From NCBI GenBank assembly GCA_948433435.1, contig CAOJDX010000004.1, positions 1,058 to 65,057 on the forward strand: a DNA stretch of 64,000 nucleotides, in the 5' to 3' direction. The notes under the pieces are model-generated. The model saw only the letters and a list, made by a program, of their open reading frames with translations, had not been told where the DNA came from and searched no databases. This DNA comes from an uncultured Clostridia bacterium (GTDB lineage: Bacteria > Bacillota_I > Bacilli_A > RF39 > UBA660). A program made the translations under genes and the position numbers. The stretch's first letter is position 1; every line of letters begins with the position of its first letter. Of this stretch, positions 10,462 through 20,477 are shown piece after piece.

Positions 10462-10625
10462 AAAGAATTCAATTGTGAAAGAACGATAAAAATGGTGAAA
10501 GTTGCAGATACTATAAACAGTATGATATAATAAAAGTATTACAAGACAAAATAAAATTAGGGTTGTGATGCAATAATTAAATTGATAAATTGAAGATAAA
10601 TGAAGTGAAAGGAATAAAGCTTAAT

Positions 10626-11360
10626 ATGAAAACTAAATATGCCATAGAAGTAAAAGATGTTACTAAAAAATTTAAAATATACTATGATAAGTCAAATACA
10701 TTAAAAGAAAAATTGTTGTTTTGGAATCGAAATAAAAGTGAGACGAGAACTGTTCTTCAAGAAGTTAATTTAAATATCAATAAAGGCGATACAGTTGCTT
10801 TAATTGGCGTAAATGGAAGTGGAAAAAGTACCTTGTTAAAATTAATGACCAAAATAATTTACCCTACCACTGGAAAAATTATAACTCGAGGTAAATTAAC
10901 TTCACTATTAGAACTTGGAGCTGGCTTTCATCCAGATTTTACAGGTAGAGAAAATATATATTTCAATGCTTCCATTTTTGGACTTACCAAACAAGAAATA
11001 GAAAACAGAATTGACGATATTATTTCTTTTTCAGAACTTCAAGAGTTTATTGACAATCCGATAAGAACTTATTCATCTGGGCAATATATGCGCCTTGCCT
11101 TTTCTATAGCTATTAATGTTGATGCTGAAATATTACTAATAGATGAAATATTAGCAGTGGGAGATCAACACTTTCAAGACAAATGCTTTAAAAAATTGCA
11201 AGAATTAAAAAAAAGCAATAAAACAATTGTAATTGTTAGTCATAACTTGGACTATGTAAAAGAACTATGTAATCGGGCTATTTGGATATACAACGGAAAA
11301 ATAAAAAAAGATGGTAATACAAAGGAAATTATAAAAGAGTACTTAGAAGAATGCAAATAA
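10626..11360 (+). CDS. ABC transporter ATP-binding protein of the polysaccharide/teichoic-acid export type (TagH/Wzt-like). The six-frame ORF begins at a TTG at 10590; the ATG at 10626 is preferred.
   Basis: Walker A GVNGSGKST, ABC signature SSGQYMRLAF, Walker B LLIDE. Followed by an ABC-2 permease. Confidence 0.8.
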   Translation: MKTKYAIEVKDVTKKFKIYYDKSNTLKEKLLFWNRNKSETRTVLQEVNLNINKGDTVALIGVNGSGKSTLLKLMTKIIYPTTGKIITRGKLTSLLELGAGFHPDFTGRENIYFNASIFGLTKQEIENRIDDIISFSELQEFIDNPIRTYSSGQYMRLAFSIAINVDAEILLIDEILAVGDQHFQDKCFKKLQELKKSNKTIVIVSHNLDYVKELCNRAIWIYNGKIKKDGNTKEIIKEYLEECK

Positions 11361-11372
11361 GGAGGTGAGTGA

Positions 11373-12146
11373 ATGGAAATATTTAAAAACCTATATCAAT
11401 ATAGAGAACTACTAAAAAGCAATATAAAAAAAGAAATACGAGGTAAATATAAAGGATCTTTTCTAGGAGTATTATGGTCATTTTTAAATCCATTATTAAT
11501 GGTTGCTGTATATGCCTTAGTATTTCCTTATATTATGCGAATAAAAACAGACAATTATTTAATATTTCTAATCATAGGTGTTATTCCATGGACCTTTTTC
11601 ACAACAGTAATGAATCAAGGTATGATATCGATTAGAATGAATGCAGGAATCATTAAAAAGGTATATTTTCCACGAGAAATTTTACCCATATCTGTAGCAA
11701 TGAGTGGTTTAATCAACTTTTTTATCAGCTGTATCATTATTATTTTATTTTGCCTATTTGGTGGAGTTGGAATCAGTTGGCACCTTATTTTACTACCAAT
11801 TATTGCTATAATAGAATTTCTATTCGTTTTAGGACTAATCTTTGCTTTTAGTGCAATCAACATATATATAAAAGATACAGAATACCTTATTCAATTTATC
11901 GTAAATATTTTATTTTATGGAACACCCATTTTGTATTCTACCTCATTATTTCCAGAAAAAATTAGATGGATTTTATACTTAAATCCTATGACGCATATTA
12001 TAGAATCATATAGAGATATTTTTCTATATCATAGAGTACCAGCAACTAAAAGCTTAATTTTTGTGGGAATGATTTCTTTAATTATTTCCATAATAGGACT
12101 AGGTATATTTAGAAAACTAGAAAAAGGTTTTGCAGAAGAATTATAA
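11373..12146 (+). CDS. ABC-2 type transporter permease (TagG/Wzm-like)
   Basis: 257 aa, 6 TM. Positioned immediately after the ATPase. RBS GGAGGTGAG upstream. Confidence 0.75.
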   Translation: MEIFKNLYQYRELLKSNIKKEIRGKYKGSFLGVLWSFLNPLLMVAVYALVFPYIMRIKTDNYLIFLIIGVIPWTFFTTVMNQGMISIRMNAGIIKKVYFPREILPISVAMSGLINFFISCIIIILFCLFGGVGISWHLILLPIIAIIEFLFVLGLIFAFSAINIYIKDTEYLIQFIVNILFYGTPILYSTSLFPEKIRWILYLNPMTHIIESYRDIFLYHRVPATKSLIFVGMISLIISIIGLGIFRKLEKGFAEEL

Positions 12147-12161
12147 GAAGTAGGTGTAAAA

Positions 12162-14306
12162 ATGAAAGATAAAAAATATATTAAAATAAAAAATAAAAAT
12201 ATAGTAGGCATATTACACCCACAAATTGTAATAGAAGGAAAATTGAAAGAGGTCAATAGTAAATTAGAAGTTTATATAAATAATCAAAAATATGACTCAA
12301 AATTTATGAGACTAAATAAAAGAGGAGATTTTGTCTTAACAAGTACATTGAATAGAGATGTTAGAAGAGTAGATATCGTTTATCAAAATAATGATGAACA
12401 ATTTGTTATTTACCAATTAAATAATAACATAGTAGTAAGAATAGGATACAAAATAAAAAAGATATTAAAGAAAATAGCTGTTCCATTTAAAGAGGTAGCT
12501 AAAGGAATAAAATTTTTATGGAAAGAGCATCATTTCTTAGTTCCTCCAGTTTTATGGAAGAAATATATGAAAAGACTGATCACTAAAATAAAGCTAGCAT
12601 TACGAATGGAATACTACCATCCCTTTAAGCAAAAAGACTATTTAAAATGGATAATCAATCATGAATCAAAATCAACATATCAAAAATTAAAATATAATCC
12701 ATTAATTTCAATTTTAATACCAGTTTATAACATCGAAAGAAAATATCTATCAGAATGTCTGGATTCCATTTTAAATCAACATTACCCTAACTTTGAAATT
12801 TGTTTAGCAGATGATTGTTCAACCTCAACAGAGACTATAGAAACATTAAAAGAGTATGAAAAAAAAGATAAAAGAATAAAAGTAGTCTACCGCAAAGAAA
12901 ATGGTCATATTTCTAAAGCCACTAATAGTGCCCTTGAGATTGCTACTGGAGAGTTTATTGGCTTAATGGATAATGATGATGTCATCACTGAAGATGCCTT
13001 ATACGAAATGGTTCTAGCCCTAAATAAAAACAAAAACTTAGACTTTATATATAGTGATGAAGATAAAATGGACATGGAAGGAAATCGCTGCGAACCTCAT
13101 TTTAAACCAGATTATTCACCAGACTCATTACTAGGTGGAAACTATATATGTCATTTTGAAATACTTAGAAAAAGTATTATGGAAGAAATTGGCGGATTTA
13201 GAAGTGAGTACGTTGGAGCTCAAGACTTTGATTTATTTTTAAGATTTGTTGAAAAAACAACCCCAGATAGAATACATCACATTCCTAAAATTCTCTATCA
13301 CTGGAGAAAGGTACCAGGATCAACTGCTGATACGATTGAAAGCAAAGACTATGCCATAGAAAATGGTAAAAAGGCAGTAATTGATGCTATGAAAAGAAGA
13401 AATTTAGATGCAGAAGTAATTACACCAATAAAATCAACCCATTATATAGTAGAATATCAATATAAAAAAGAACCCTTAGTATCAATTATTATTCCCACAA
13501 GAGATATGTCCAAAATGTTACAACAATGTATTGATTCAATTTATCAAAAAACAGACTATAAAAACTTTGAAATAATTATCGTAGATAATAATAGTACTGA
13601 GGAAAAAACTACTAAATTATTTAAAAAACTAAAACAGGAACATTCTAACATAAAAATAATAAGTGCTCAATGTGAATTTAATTATTCTAAAATCAATAAT
13701 TTTGCTGTCGAGCAATGTAGAGGTGAATATCTATTATTTTTAAATAATGATACTAAAATAATCTCTAAAGGTTGGTTGAGAAGTATGGTAGGTTATGCCA
13801 TGCAAAAACACATAGGAGCAGTGGGAGCGAAACTTTTATATCCCGATGATACGATTCAACATGGTGGAGTAATATTAGGAGTTGATGGAACGGCTAGACA
13901 TGCCTTCTTACATACTCCTGCTGATTCTTTTGGTTTCTATGGAAGACTTTTAGTACCCTACAATTACAGTGCTGTAACTGCAGCTTGTATGTTAGTATCA
14001 AGAAAAAAATTTACAGAAGTAAATGGATTTAATGAAAAGTTAAAAGTAGCTTTCAATGATATTGACTTAAATCTAAAACTATTAAAAAAAGGTTATTACA
14101 ACGTTTTCCTTCCTCAAGTAGAAGTATATCATTATGAATCTAAATCAAGAGGACTTGATAGCACCACTAAAAAATATAAAAAGTTTTTATCCGAAAAAGA
14201 ATACCTTCAGACTCATTGGTCAGAAGAGTTAGCACATGATAGATTTTACAATCCTAACTTTAGTTTGAAATATGATTTTATGTTAGATAAAAATAAAGAG
14301 CAATAA
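12162..14306 (+). CDS. Two-domain family-2 glycosyltransferase
   Basis: 714 aa. Two GT2 signatures (ISILIPVYN...DDCS...DNDD and VSIIIPTRD...VDNNS...). Confidence 0.75.
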   Translation: MKDKKYIKIKNKNIVGILHPQIVIEGKLKEVNSKLEVYINNQKYDSKFMRLNKRGDFVLTSTLNRDVRRVDIVYQNNDEQFVIYQLNNNIVVRIGYKIKKILKKIAVPFKEVAKGIKFLWKEHHFLVPPVLWKKYMKRLITKIKLALRMEYYHPFKQKDYLKWIINHESKSTYQKLKYNPLISILIPVYNIERKYLSECLDSILNQHYPNFEICLADDCSTSTETIETLKEYEKKDKRIKVVYRKENGHISKATNSALEIATGEFIGLMDNDDVITEDALYEMVLALNKNKNLDFIYSDEDKMDMEGNRCEPHFKPDYSPDSLLGGNYICHFEILRKSIMEEIGGFRSEYVGAQDFDLFLRFVEKTTPDRIHHIPKILYHWRKVPGSTADTIESKDYAIENGKKAVIDAMKRRNLDAEVITPIKSTHYIVEYQYKKEPLVSIIIPTRDMSKMLQQCIDSIYQKTDYKNFEIIIVDNNSTEEKTTKLFKKLKQEHSNIKIISAQCEFNYSKINNFAVEQCRGEYLLFLNNDTKIISKGWLRSMVGYAMQKHIGAVGAKLLYPDDTIQHGGVILGVDGTARHAFLHTPADSFGFYGRLLVPYNYSAVTAACMLVSRKKFTEVNGFNEKLKVAFNDIDLNLKLLKKGYYNVFLPQVEVYHYESKSRGLDSTTKKYKKFLSEKEYLQTHWSEELAHDRFYNPNFSLKYDFMLDKNKEQ

Positions 14307-14315
14307 GGAGTAAGT

Positions 14316-14918
14316 ATGAAACTAGAAAAAAAACTATACAATTTTTCCTTAATAGGTATAGCATTTTCCATAATAATGATTTTAGGAATCATAGTTTTTC
14401 CACCAAGATCAATAAATGAAATAAAAATTGAATCTCCTCAGAATTTTACCAAAAAATTAACAAAAGATACTCAAATAGAGCAAAACTTTCAAGCTCAGAT
14501 AGATGAAATAGATGAACTTGTCTTGTATGTCGAAAGTATTCAGAAAAAAAGTGGTGTTCTAGAGTTAAAAATCTATGAAGGTGCTAAGTTAATTTCTATT
14601 ACTAAAGTAGAAATTAAATCATTAAATAGTAATCAACCCAATACAATAAAAATTAAAAGAATAAAAAATGCTAATAGTAAAAAGATAAAGGTTTCTCTTC
14701 ATCTAACAGAAGAAAACGAAATAACTTTAAAAACTAATGGTAATTATAGTGAAAATCAATACGTTTTATATAACAATCAAAAGTTAAAGCAAAGTCTTAC
14801 ATTTAATTATATTGGCAATAAATATAACATTGGATATATATGGTATTTTCTAGTATTAATAAATATTTTATTAATTATAGTAGTATTTTTAAAAGACAGT
14901 AAGGAGGGAAAAAAGTAG
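14316..14918 (+). CDS. Hypothetical membrane-anchored protein
   Basis: 200 aa, N- and C-terminal hydrophobic segments. Located within the glycan locus. Confidence 0.4.
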   Translation: MKLEKKLYNFSLIGIAFSIIMILGIIVFPPRSINEIKIESPQNFTKKLTKDTQIEQNFQAQIDEIDELVLYVESIQKKSGVLELKIYEGAKLISITKVEIKSLNSNQPNTIKIKRIKNANSKKIKVSLHLTEENEITLKTNGNYSENQYVLYNNQKLKQSLTFNYIGNKYNIGYIWYFLVLINILLIIVVFLKDSKEGKK

Positions 14919-14919
14919 T

Positions 14920-16806
14920 ATGAAAGAAAAAATATCCCGTAAAAATATAGGAAAACTATTACTAATAATTTTATTACCCTTACTGCTAGAATTGTTTTTT
15001 TCCAATATTCATCTAATAAGTAACAAAGTAAAGCAAAAAATTGAACCAATTGATTATAATGATATTAGTTTAAAGAATTTTGTTTTAGAGGAAGAAAGGT
15101 TAGTTGCTAAAAAAGAAAAGGCTCAACTAGTCATTAAAGTGCCTAAAAAATATATTCAAAAACTTCAATTAAATTATACTAGCCCTAGTAATGTTGGGGT
15201 AAAATTTATAATAGAGGGATATAGTAAAAAGAAACAAAAGTTTAAGACTACTTTAACTTCAAGCTATTCAAAATACAATAACTTAATTTCTAAAAATATC
15301 AATGAAAAAATAACCAAAATAACAATAATCACAGATTGCAAAGATGTTAGCTTTAGTAACCTCCAAATTAACAATAAGGGTTACTTCAATTTGAATAGAT
15401 ATTTTTTATTTTTAATGCTAACAATATCTACAATAATTATATTTCAATATCGAAAAAAAGAAGAACATAAACTTTATCAACTATATATAGTTTTATCCAC
15501 TTTAGCTGGTTTAACTCTAATTTATTGCTTACCTAATATGGCTACGATAACGTGGGATGAGGCCATCCATTATAATAATACAAATGAAATACTAAAAGGC
15601 AAGACAGCTGAAATAAAAGAAGCAGACATCATTTTAACAGACAATAGCGTTTCTTATCCATCTTCCTATGAAGAAAGTAAAAACTTAAGTGGTACAATTA
15701 ACAGGTACAATACAATAGCTGCTTATAAATTAGTTGGAACAAATATCATTCCATATGCTAAATTTGTCTATACTCCAAGTGCAATTTTTACAAGGATAGG
15801 GGATTTATGCAAGTTAAGTCCAACCATTTTGTTTAAACTAGGAAAACTAATTAATCTAATCATATATGTTGCTCTTTTTGCCTATGCCATAAAAATTTGT
15901 AAATTTGGCAAAAGAACACTATTCGTTTTAGGAATGATTCCTTTATCTTTATTTCAAGCCTCAACGTATTCAGCTGATTCCCTAATAATAGCAGCAATTA
16001 CTCTTTCAATGACAGAATTTATCAACATTATAGTAGATAAGAAAAGTAAAATAAATCTAAAATCAGTTTTACTCTTTATTCTACCACTATTAGCTGCATG
16101 TTGCGCTAAAGCTGTATACTGTCCATTATTATTACTTGTACTACTTTTACCAAATGACAGGTTTAGCAATAGAAAAACAAGCTATTTATTTAAAAGTCTA
16201 GTGTTCTGCTTATTTCTATTAATGATGTCAACATTCGGTTTAGGGATGCTTACTAACGCTTCAAATATGGGGGATTCAAGAGGTGGACATACCAATTTTG
16301 CTGAACAAATGAGAATTATTCTTCATGATCCTTTAGGGTTTATTAATATCTGTTTAATCAATATAACCACAACATTTGCCAAATTATTATCAGGAAAAAA
16401 TGAGGGATTAATATTTTTCGCCTACTTAGGAGGAAGTGAATACAATATCGCTTATATTGTTGTATTCTTACTACTATTTACTGTATTTACAAATAACAAT
16501 GAGAAAAATGAATATGAAATTTCTCTTCTATATAAAATTTTAATTTTAATTCTCAATTTTGGAATTATCTTCGGAATTAGCTTAGCTCTATACTTAAGCT
16601 TTACAGAAGTTGGAGCAGCAGAAATTGCCGGAGTACAAAGTAGATATTATGTTCCTTTATTATATCCATTATTAATTATATTAAGTAGTTCAAAAATTTA
16701 TAGTACTTTCAAAACAAAATCTTTAAATTTTTGGATAAGTATTATATCTAATAGTGTAATATATATAGCAATATTTGAGTTAATTTTATACAAACTATGT
16801 TGGTAG
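14920..16806 (+). CDS. Large polytopic membrane protein, putative GT-C-type glycosyltransferase or polymerase
   Basis: 628 aa with many TM segments after an N-terminal anchor. Located within the glycan locus. No motif is diagnostic. Confidence 0.4.
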   Translation: MKEKISRKNIGKLLLIILLPLLLELFFSNIHLISNKVKQKIEPIDYNDISLKNFVLEEERLVAKKEKAQLVIKVPKKYIQKLQLNYTSPSNVGVKFIIEGYSKKKQKFKTTLTSSYSKYNNLISKNINEKITKITIITDCKDVSFSNLQINNKGYFNLNRYFLFLMLTISTIIIFQYRKKEEHKLYQLYIVLSTLAGLTLIYCLPNMATITWDEAIHYNNTNEILKGKTAEIKEADIILTDNSVSYPSSYEESKNLSGTINRYNTIAAYKLVGTNIIPYAKFVYTPSAIFTRIGDLCKLSPTILFKLGKLINLIIYVALFAYAIKICKFGKRTLFVLGMIPLSLFQASTYSADSLIIAAITLSMTEFINIIVDKKSKINLKSVLLFILPLLAACCAKAVYCPLLLLVLLLPNDRFSNRKTSYLFKSLVFCLFLLMMSTFGLGMLTNASNMGDSRGGHTNFAEQMRIILHDPLGFINICLINITTTFAKLLSGKNEGLIFFAYLGGSEYNIAYIVVFLLLFTVFTNNNEKNEYEISLLYKILILILNFGIIFGISLALYLSFTEVGAAEIAGVQSRYYVPLLYPLLIILSSSKIYSTFKTKSLNFWISIISNSVIYIAIFELILYKLCW

Positions 16807-16818
16807 AGGTGAAGATTT

Positions 16819-17544
16819 ATGAAAAAAAAGGTTCTAATTATTATTCCTGCTTACAACGAAGAAGAAAATATTTTAAAAACTTATAAGACGATTTTAGAAT
16901 ATAATAAAAAAAATAGTCAAAAATATGATGCAATAGTAATCAATGACTGTTCTCAAGATAATACAAGTAAAATTTGTCGTGAAAATAATATTCCAGTTAT
17001 TGATTTAGTTCATAACTTAGGAATTGGTGGTGCCGTCCAAACTGGTTATAAATATGCCTATAATAATAATTATGACATTGCTGTTCAATTTGATGGAGAT
17101 GGTCAACATGATGTCGATTATGTAAAGAACATTATTGATCCCATTATAAAAGAAGAAGCTGATATGACTATTGGATCCAGATTTATCGGAAATAAAAGTG
17201 TCTTTAAATCATCTTTTGCTCGCAGATGTGGAATTAAAATCATATCTATAGTCATGAAACTAGTAACAGGGAAAAAAATTTATGATACCACATCAGGATT
17301 TAGGGCAGTAAATAAAAATATTATCAAAGATTTCGCAATTTCTTATCCTATAGAATATCCGGAGCCAATTACAACAACAGAAATATTAAAGAAAAAGTAT
17401 ACAATCAAAGAAATAGCAGTTAGTATGAATGAAAGAGAAGGTGGAGTCTCTTCTATAAGAACTTGGAAAAAAGCATACTACATGATAAACATTACAATTG
17501 CACTACTAATTATTGGAATTAGGAGGTATAAAAAATGTCCATAA
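16819..17544 (+). CDS. GT2 polyprenol-phosphate glycosyltransferase (GtrB/CsbB/DPM1-like)
   Basis: IIIPAYNEEENI...INDCSQD...DGDGQHD motifs with a C-terminal TM. Confidence 0.75.
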   Translation: MKKKVLIIIPAYNEEENILKTYKTILEYNKKNSQKYDAIVINDCSQDNTSKICRENNIPVIDLVHNLGIGGAVQTGYKYAYNNNYDIAVQFDGDGQHDVDYVKNIIDPIIKEEADMTIGSRFIGNKSVFKSSFARRCGIKIISIVMKLVTGKKIYDTTSGFRAVNKNIIKDFAISYPIEYPEPITTTEILKKKYTIKEIAVSMNEREGGVSSIRTWKKAYYMINITIALLIIGIRRYKKCP

Positions 17545-17888
17545 ATTTAAGATTACTATTACTTTTCTTTGCTCTTATCTTATTCTTGATTACAACTTAT
17601 ATTTTGAAAAAAGGAAGAATACCCGAAAAGTATTCTATACTATGGTATTTTATAGCACTAGTGATTTTCCTAGTATCTGTTATTCCTAACGTGATTATCA
17701 AGTTCTCAAATCATCTTGGATTTGAAGTAATGTCCAATTTAATCATTGGAATTATGTTAGTTCTTTTAACTTTTCTAACTATGGCTTTAACCGTTATTAT
17801 ATCAGGACAAAAGAAAAAGATTACTTTATTAATTCAAGAAATATCATTACTGAAGGCAGAAATAAAAAATGAAAAAAAAGAAAAATAA
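17535..17888 (+). CDS. Small membrane protein with C-terminal coiled coil (DUF2304-like partner of GT2 enzymes)
   Basis: 117 aa, 3 TM plus a K/E-rich tail. Overlaps both neighbours, so translational coupling is likely. Confidence 0.4.
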   Translation: MSINLRLLLLFFALILFLITTYILKKGRIPEKYSILWYFIALVIFLVSVIPNVIIKFSNHLGFEVMSNLIIGIMLVLLTFLTMALTVIISGQKKKITLLIQEISLLKAEIKNEKKEK

Positions 17889-19008
17889 AAAAACAATTGC
17901 TATTTTCTCAGGATATGCTCTACCACATTTAGGAGGAATAGAAAGATATACACATAATCTAGCTAAACAACTAATCGAATTAAATTATAATGTCATTATA
18001 GTTAGTTCTGACTACGATTTTAGTAAACAATATTTTATTCAAAAAGATAATATAGTATATTTAAAATTACCAGTCTATAAACTCTTTGTAAGTCGCTATC
18101 CTATAATGAAAAAAAATAAGGAATTCAAAGAGACCTTAAATTTACTAAATCGTTATGATATAAGTGCTATTATTGTCAATACTAGATTTCACTTAACCAC
18201 ATTAACAGGGGCAAAATATGCCAAGCAACACAGTATTCCAGTATTTTTAATTGAGCATGGTTCTCAACACCTAACTGTAGATAATAAAATACTAGATTTT
18301 TTTGGAGCAATATATGAGCATGCCTTAACTGCACTAGTTAAAAAATATGTTGATCAATATTATGGAGTTTCTCTAGAGGCCTGCCTTTGGCAGAGACACT
18401 TTAAAATAAATTCCAATGGAGTATGGTATAATTCGATTAATGACTTTTCTGAAGGAATAAAGCTAAACAAAGAAAAAGACAAAAAAATAAATATACTGTA
18501 TGCAGGAAGAATTTTAAAACAAAAAGGAATTATCGAATTATTAGAAGCCTTTTCAAAACTAGAAAAAAAATATAAAAACATTCACTTATCCATAGCAGGA
18601 GATGGAAATTTATTAAATCTGGTAAAGGCAAAGTATGTCTCTAAACAAATTACTTTTTTAGGAAAAGTAGATTTTGAACACTTAAAAGAACTTTATTCTT
18701 ATACTGATATTTTTGTATATGCTCCAAACTGGCCAGAAGGGTTACCCACATCTATTTTAGAGGCTGGATTAATGAACTGTGCAGTGATTGCTTCTCCTCA
18801 AGGAGGAATTAAAGAAATTATTGAAAATGGCCAAACAGGAGTAATGATTAAAAACGAAGAGGAATTATTAGAAGCCTTAGAACTGTTAATTACAAATAGA
18901 GAAAAAAGAGAGATCTTAGCCAAAAAGTTAAAAGAAAAAGTTCAAACTCAATTTTTGTGGAAAAATACAGCTAAGAAAGTCATAAAGGATATAAATGCAT
19001 ACAAATAA
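17869..19008 (+). CDS. GT4 (group 1) glycosyltransferase
   Basis: EGLPTSILEAGLMNCAVIAS matches the GT-B E-x7-E motif. Confidence 0.8.
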   Translation: MKKKKNKKTIAIFSGYALPHLGGIERYTHNLAKQLIELNYNVIIVSSDYDFSKQYFIQKDNIVYLKLPVYKLFVSRYPIMKKNKEFKETLNLLNRYDISAIIVNTRFHLTTLTGAKYAKQHSIPVFLIEHGSQHLTVDNKILDFFGAIYEHALTALVKKYVDQYYGVSLEACLWQRHFKINSNGVWYNSINDFSEGIKLNKEKDKKINILYAGRILKQKGIIELLEAFSKLEKKYKNIHLSIAGDGNLLNLVKAKYVSKQITFLGKVDFEHLKELYSYTDIFVYAPNWPEGLPTSILEAGLMNCAVIASPQGGIKEIIENGQTGVMIKNEEELLEALELLITNREKREILAKKLKEKVQTQFLWKNTAKKVIKDINAYK

Positions 19009-19031
19009 AATACTGAAAAAAGGAGTAGAAA

Positions 19032-20477
19032 ATGAAAAAAAGGTCAATTGCCAGTAACTATATTTATAATTTAATATATCAATTAATTATTGTATTAATA
19101 CCTTTATTTACTACTCCTTATCTTACAAGAGTTTTAGGGGCCGATAAATTAGGAATATATAGTTATACTTATTCGATAGTAACCATCTTTTTCTTAATTG
19201 CTGCATTAGGAATTAACACATATGGTCAAAGAGAAATTGCCTATGTGCAGGATAATAAAAAGAAAAGGAGTATCGTTTTTTGGGAATTATTTATGATTCG
19301 AATCCTATCAACTATTTTTTCTAGTTGTCTTTTATTCATATTTTCCTATACTACGGCCAAATATTCCATTTACTATAAAATTTTTCTAATCTACGTTTTC
19401 GCCAATATGTTTGATATTACTTGGCTTTATCAGGGAATAGAAGACTTTAAAGCAGTAGCAATCAGAAACCTAATCATCAAAATTATTTATTTTATCAGCA
19501 TTTTTATCCTAATAAAAAATACTCATGATTTAGGAACTTATATTCTTCTATACTCTGTCTCTACACTATTAACCAATTGCTCCTTCTGGATAAATATTCA
19601 AAAAGTAGTAGAAAAACCAAATAGAAAAACTTTAAATATCAAGAAACATATTAAATCAGTACTTAGTTTTTTTATTCCCCAGGTAGCCTCTTTGATATAT
19701 ACTGTTCTTGATAAAACAATGATAGGTATCATTGTTCCCAATATTAGTAATGTTTCCTTTTATGAACAAGCTTCTTATATAGACAAAACCATACTAATGC
19801 TAATTACAACAGCGGGAACAGTAATGATTTCCAAAATGTCTTATGCCTTTGAAAAAAAAGATTATCTCAAAGTCAAGGAATATATGCTAAAAATTATCAA
19901 TTTTGTTTGGCTATTAGGTTGTGCACTAGCCTTTGGAATATGTGCCATTATCAAAAACCTAGTTCCCTGGTTTTATGGAACTAGCTATCTTTCTGTAATT
20001 AATCTTGTCTATGTAATGAGTCCATTAATTATAATTATAGGATTAAATAACGTAATAGGTATTCAATATTTAATTCCTACTAAACAACAAAATAAATATA
20101 TCTTTGCTGTAATCTGTGGAGCAATATTAAATATGATACTAAACATTATTTTAATTACCTTATTAGGGGCGATAGGAGCCGGAATCTCTTCTGTTTTGGC
20201 AGAACTTTTAATTCTATTAATAGAATTATATTATGTAAAAGATACAATAACACTACTGGAAATATTAAAACCAGCATGGAAATATCTAATTTTTGGAAGT
20301 ATAATGTTTTTAATTACTTTTCTAACAGGTAACTTCTTACACCCGACCATTTTGACTACAATTTTACAAGTAATTATAGGGGTAGTAATATATTCTATAT
20401 TATTACTAATTACCAAAGATAGCTTTCTAAAAGAGAATTTATTAATCTATCTAAATAGGTTAAAAAAAACTAAGTAG
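19032..20477 (+). CDS. Polysaccharide biosynthesis protein / Wzx-type oligosaccharide flippase (MOP superfamily)
   Basis: 481 aa, about 12-14 TM. N-terminus NLIYQLIIVLIPLFTTPYLTRVLGADKLGIYSY is typical of the PST family. Confidence 0.75.
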   Translation: MKKRSIASNYIYNLIYQLIIVLIPLFTTPYLTRVLGADKLGIYSYTYSIVTIFFLIAALGINTYGQREIAYVQDNKKKRSIVFWELFMIRILSTIFSSCLLFIFSYTTAKYSIYYKIFLIYVFANMFDITWLYQGIEDFKAVAIRNLIIKIIYFISIFILIKNTHDLGTYILLYSVSTLLTNCSFWINIQKVVEKPNRKTLNIKKHIKSVLSFFIPQVASLIYTVLDKTMIGIIVPNISNVSFYEQASYIDKTILMLITTAGTVMISKMSYAFEKKDYLKVKEYMLKIINFVWLLGCALAFGICAIIKNLVPWFYGTSYLSVINLVYVMSPLIIIIGLNNVIGIQYLIPTKQQNKYIFAVICGAILNMILNIILITLLGAIGAGISSVLAELLILLIELYYVKDTITLLEILKPAWKYLIFGSIMFLITFLTGNFLHPTILTTILQVIIGVVIYSILLLITKDSFLKENLLIYLNRLKKTK

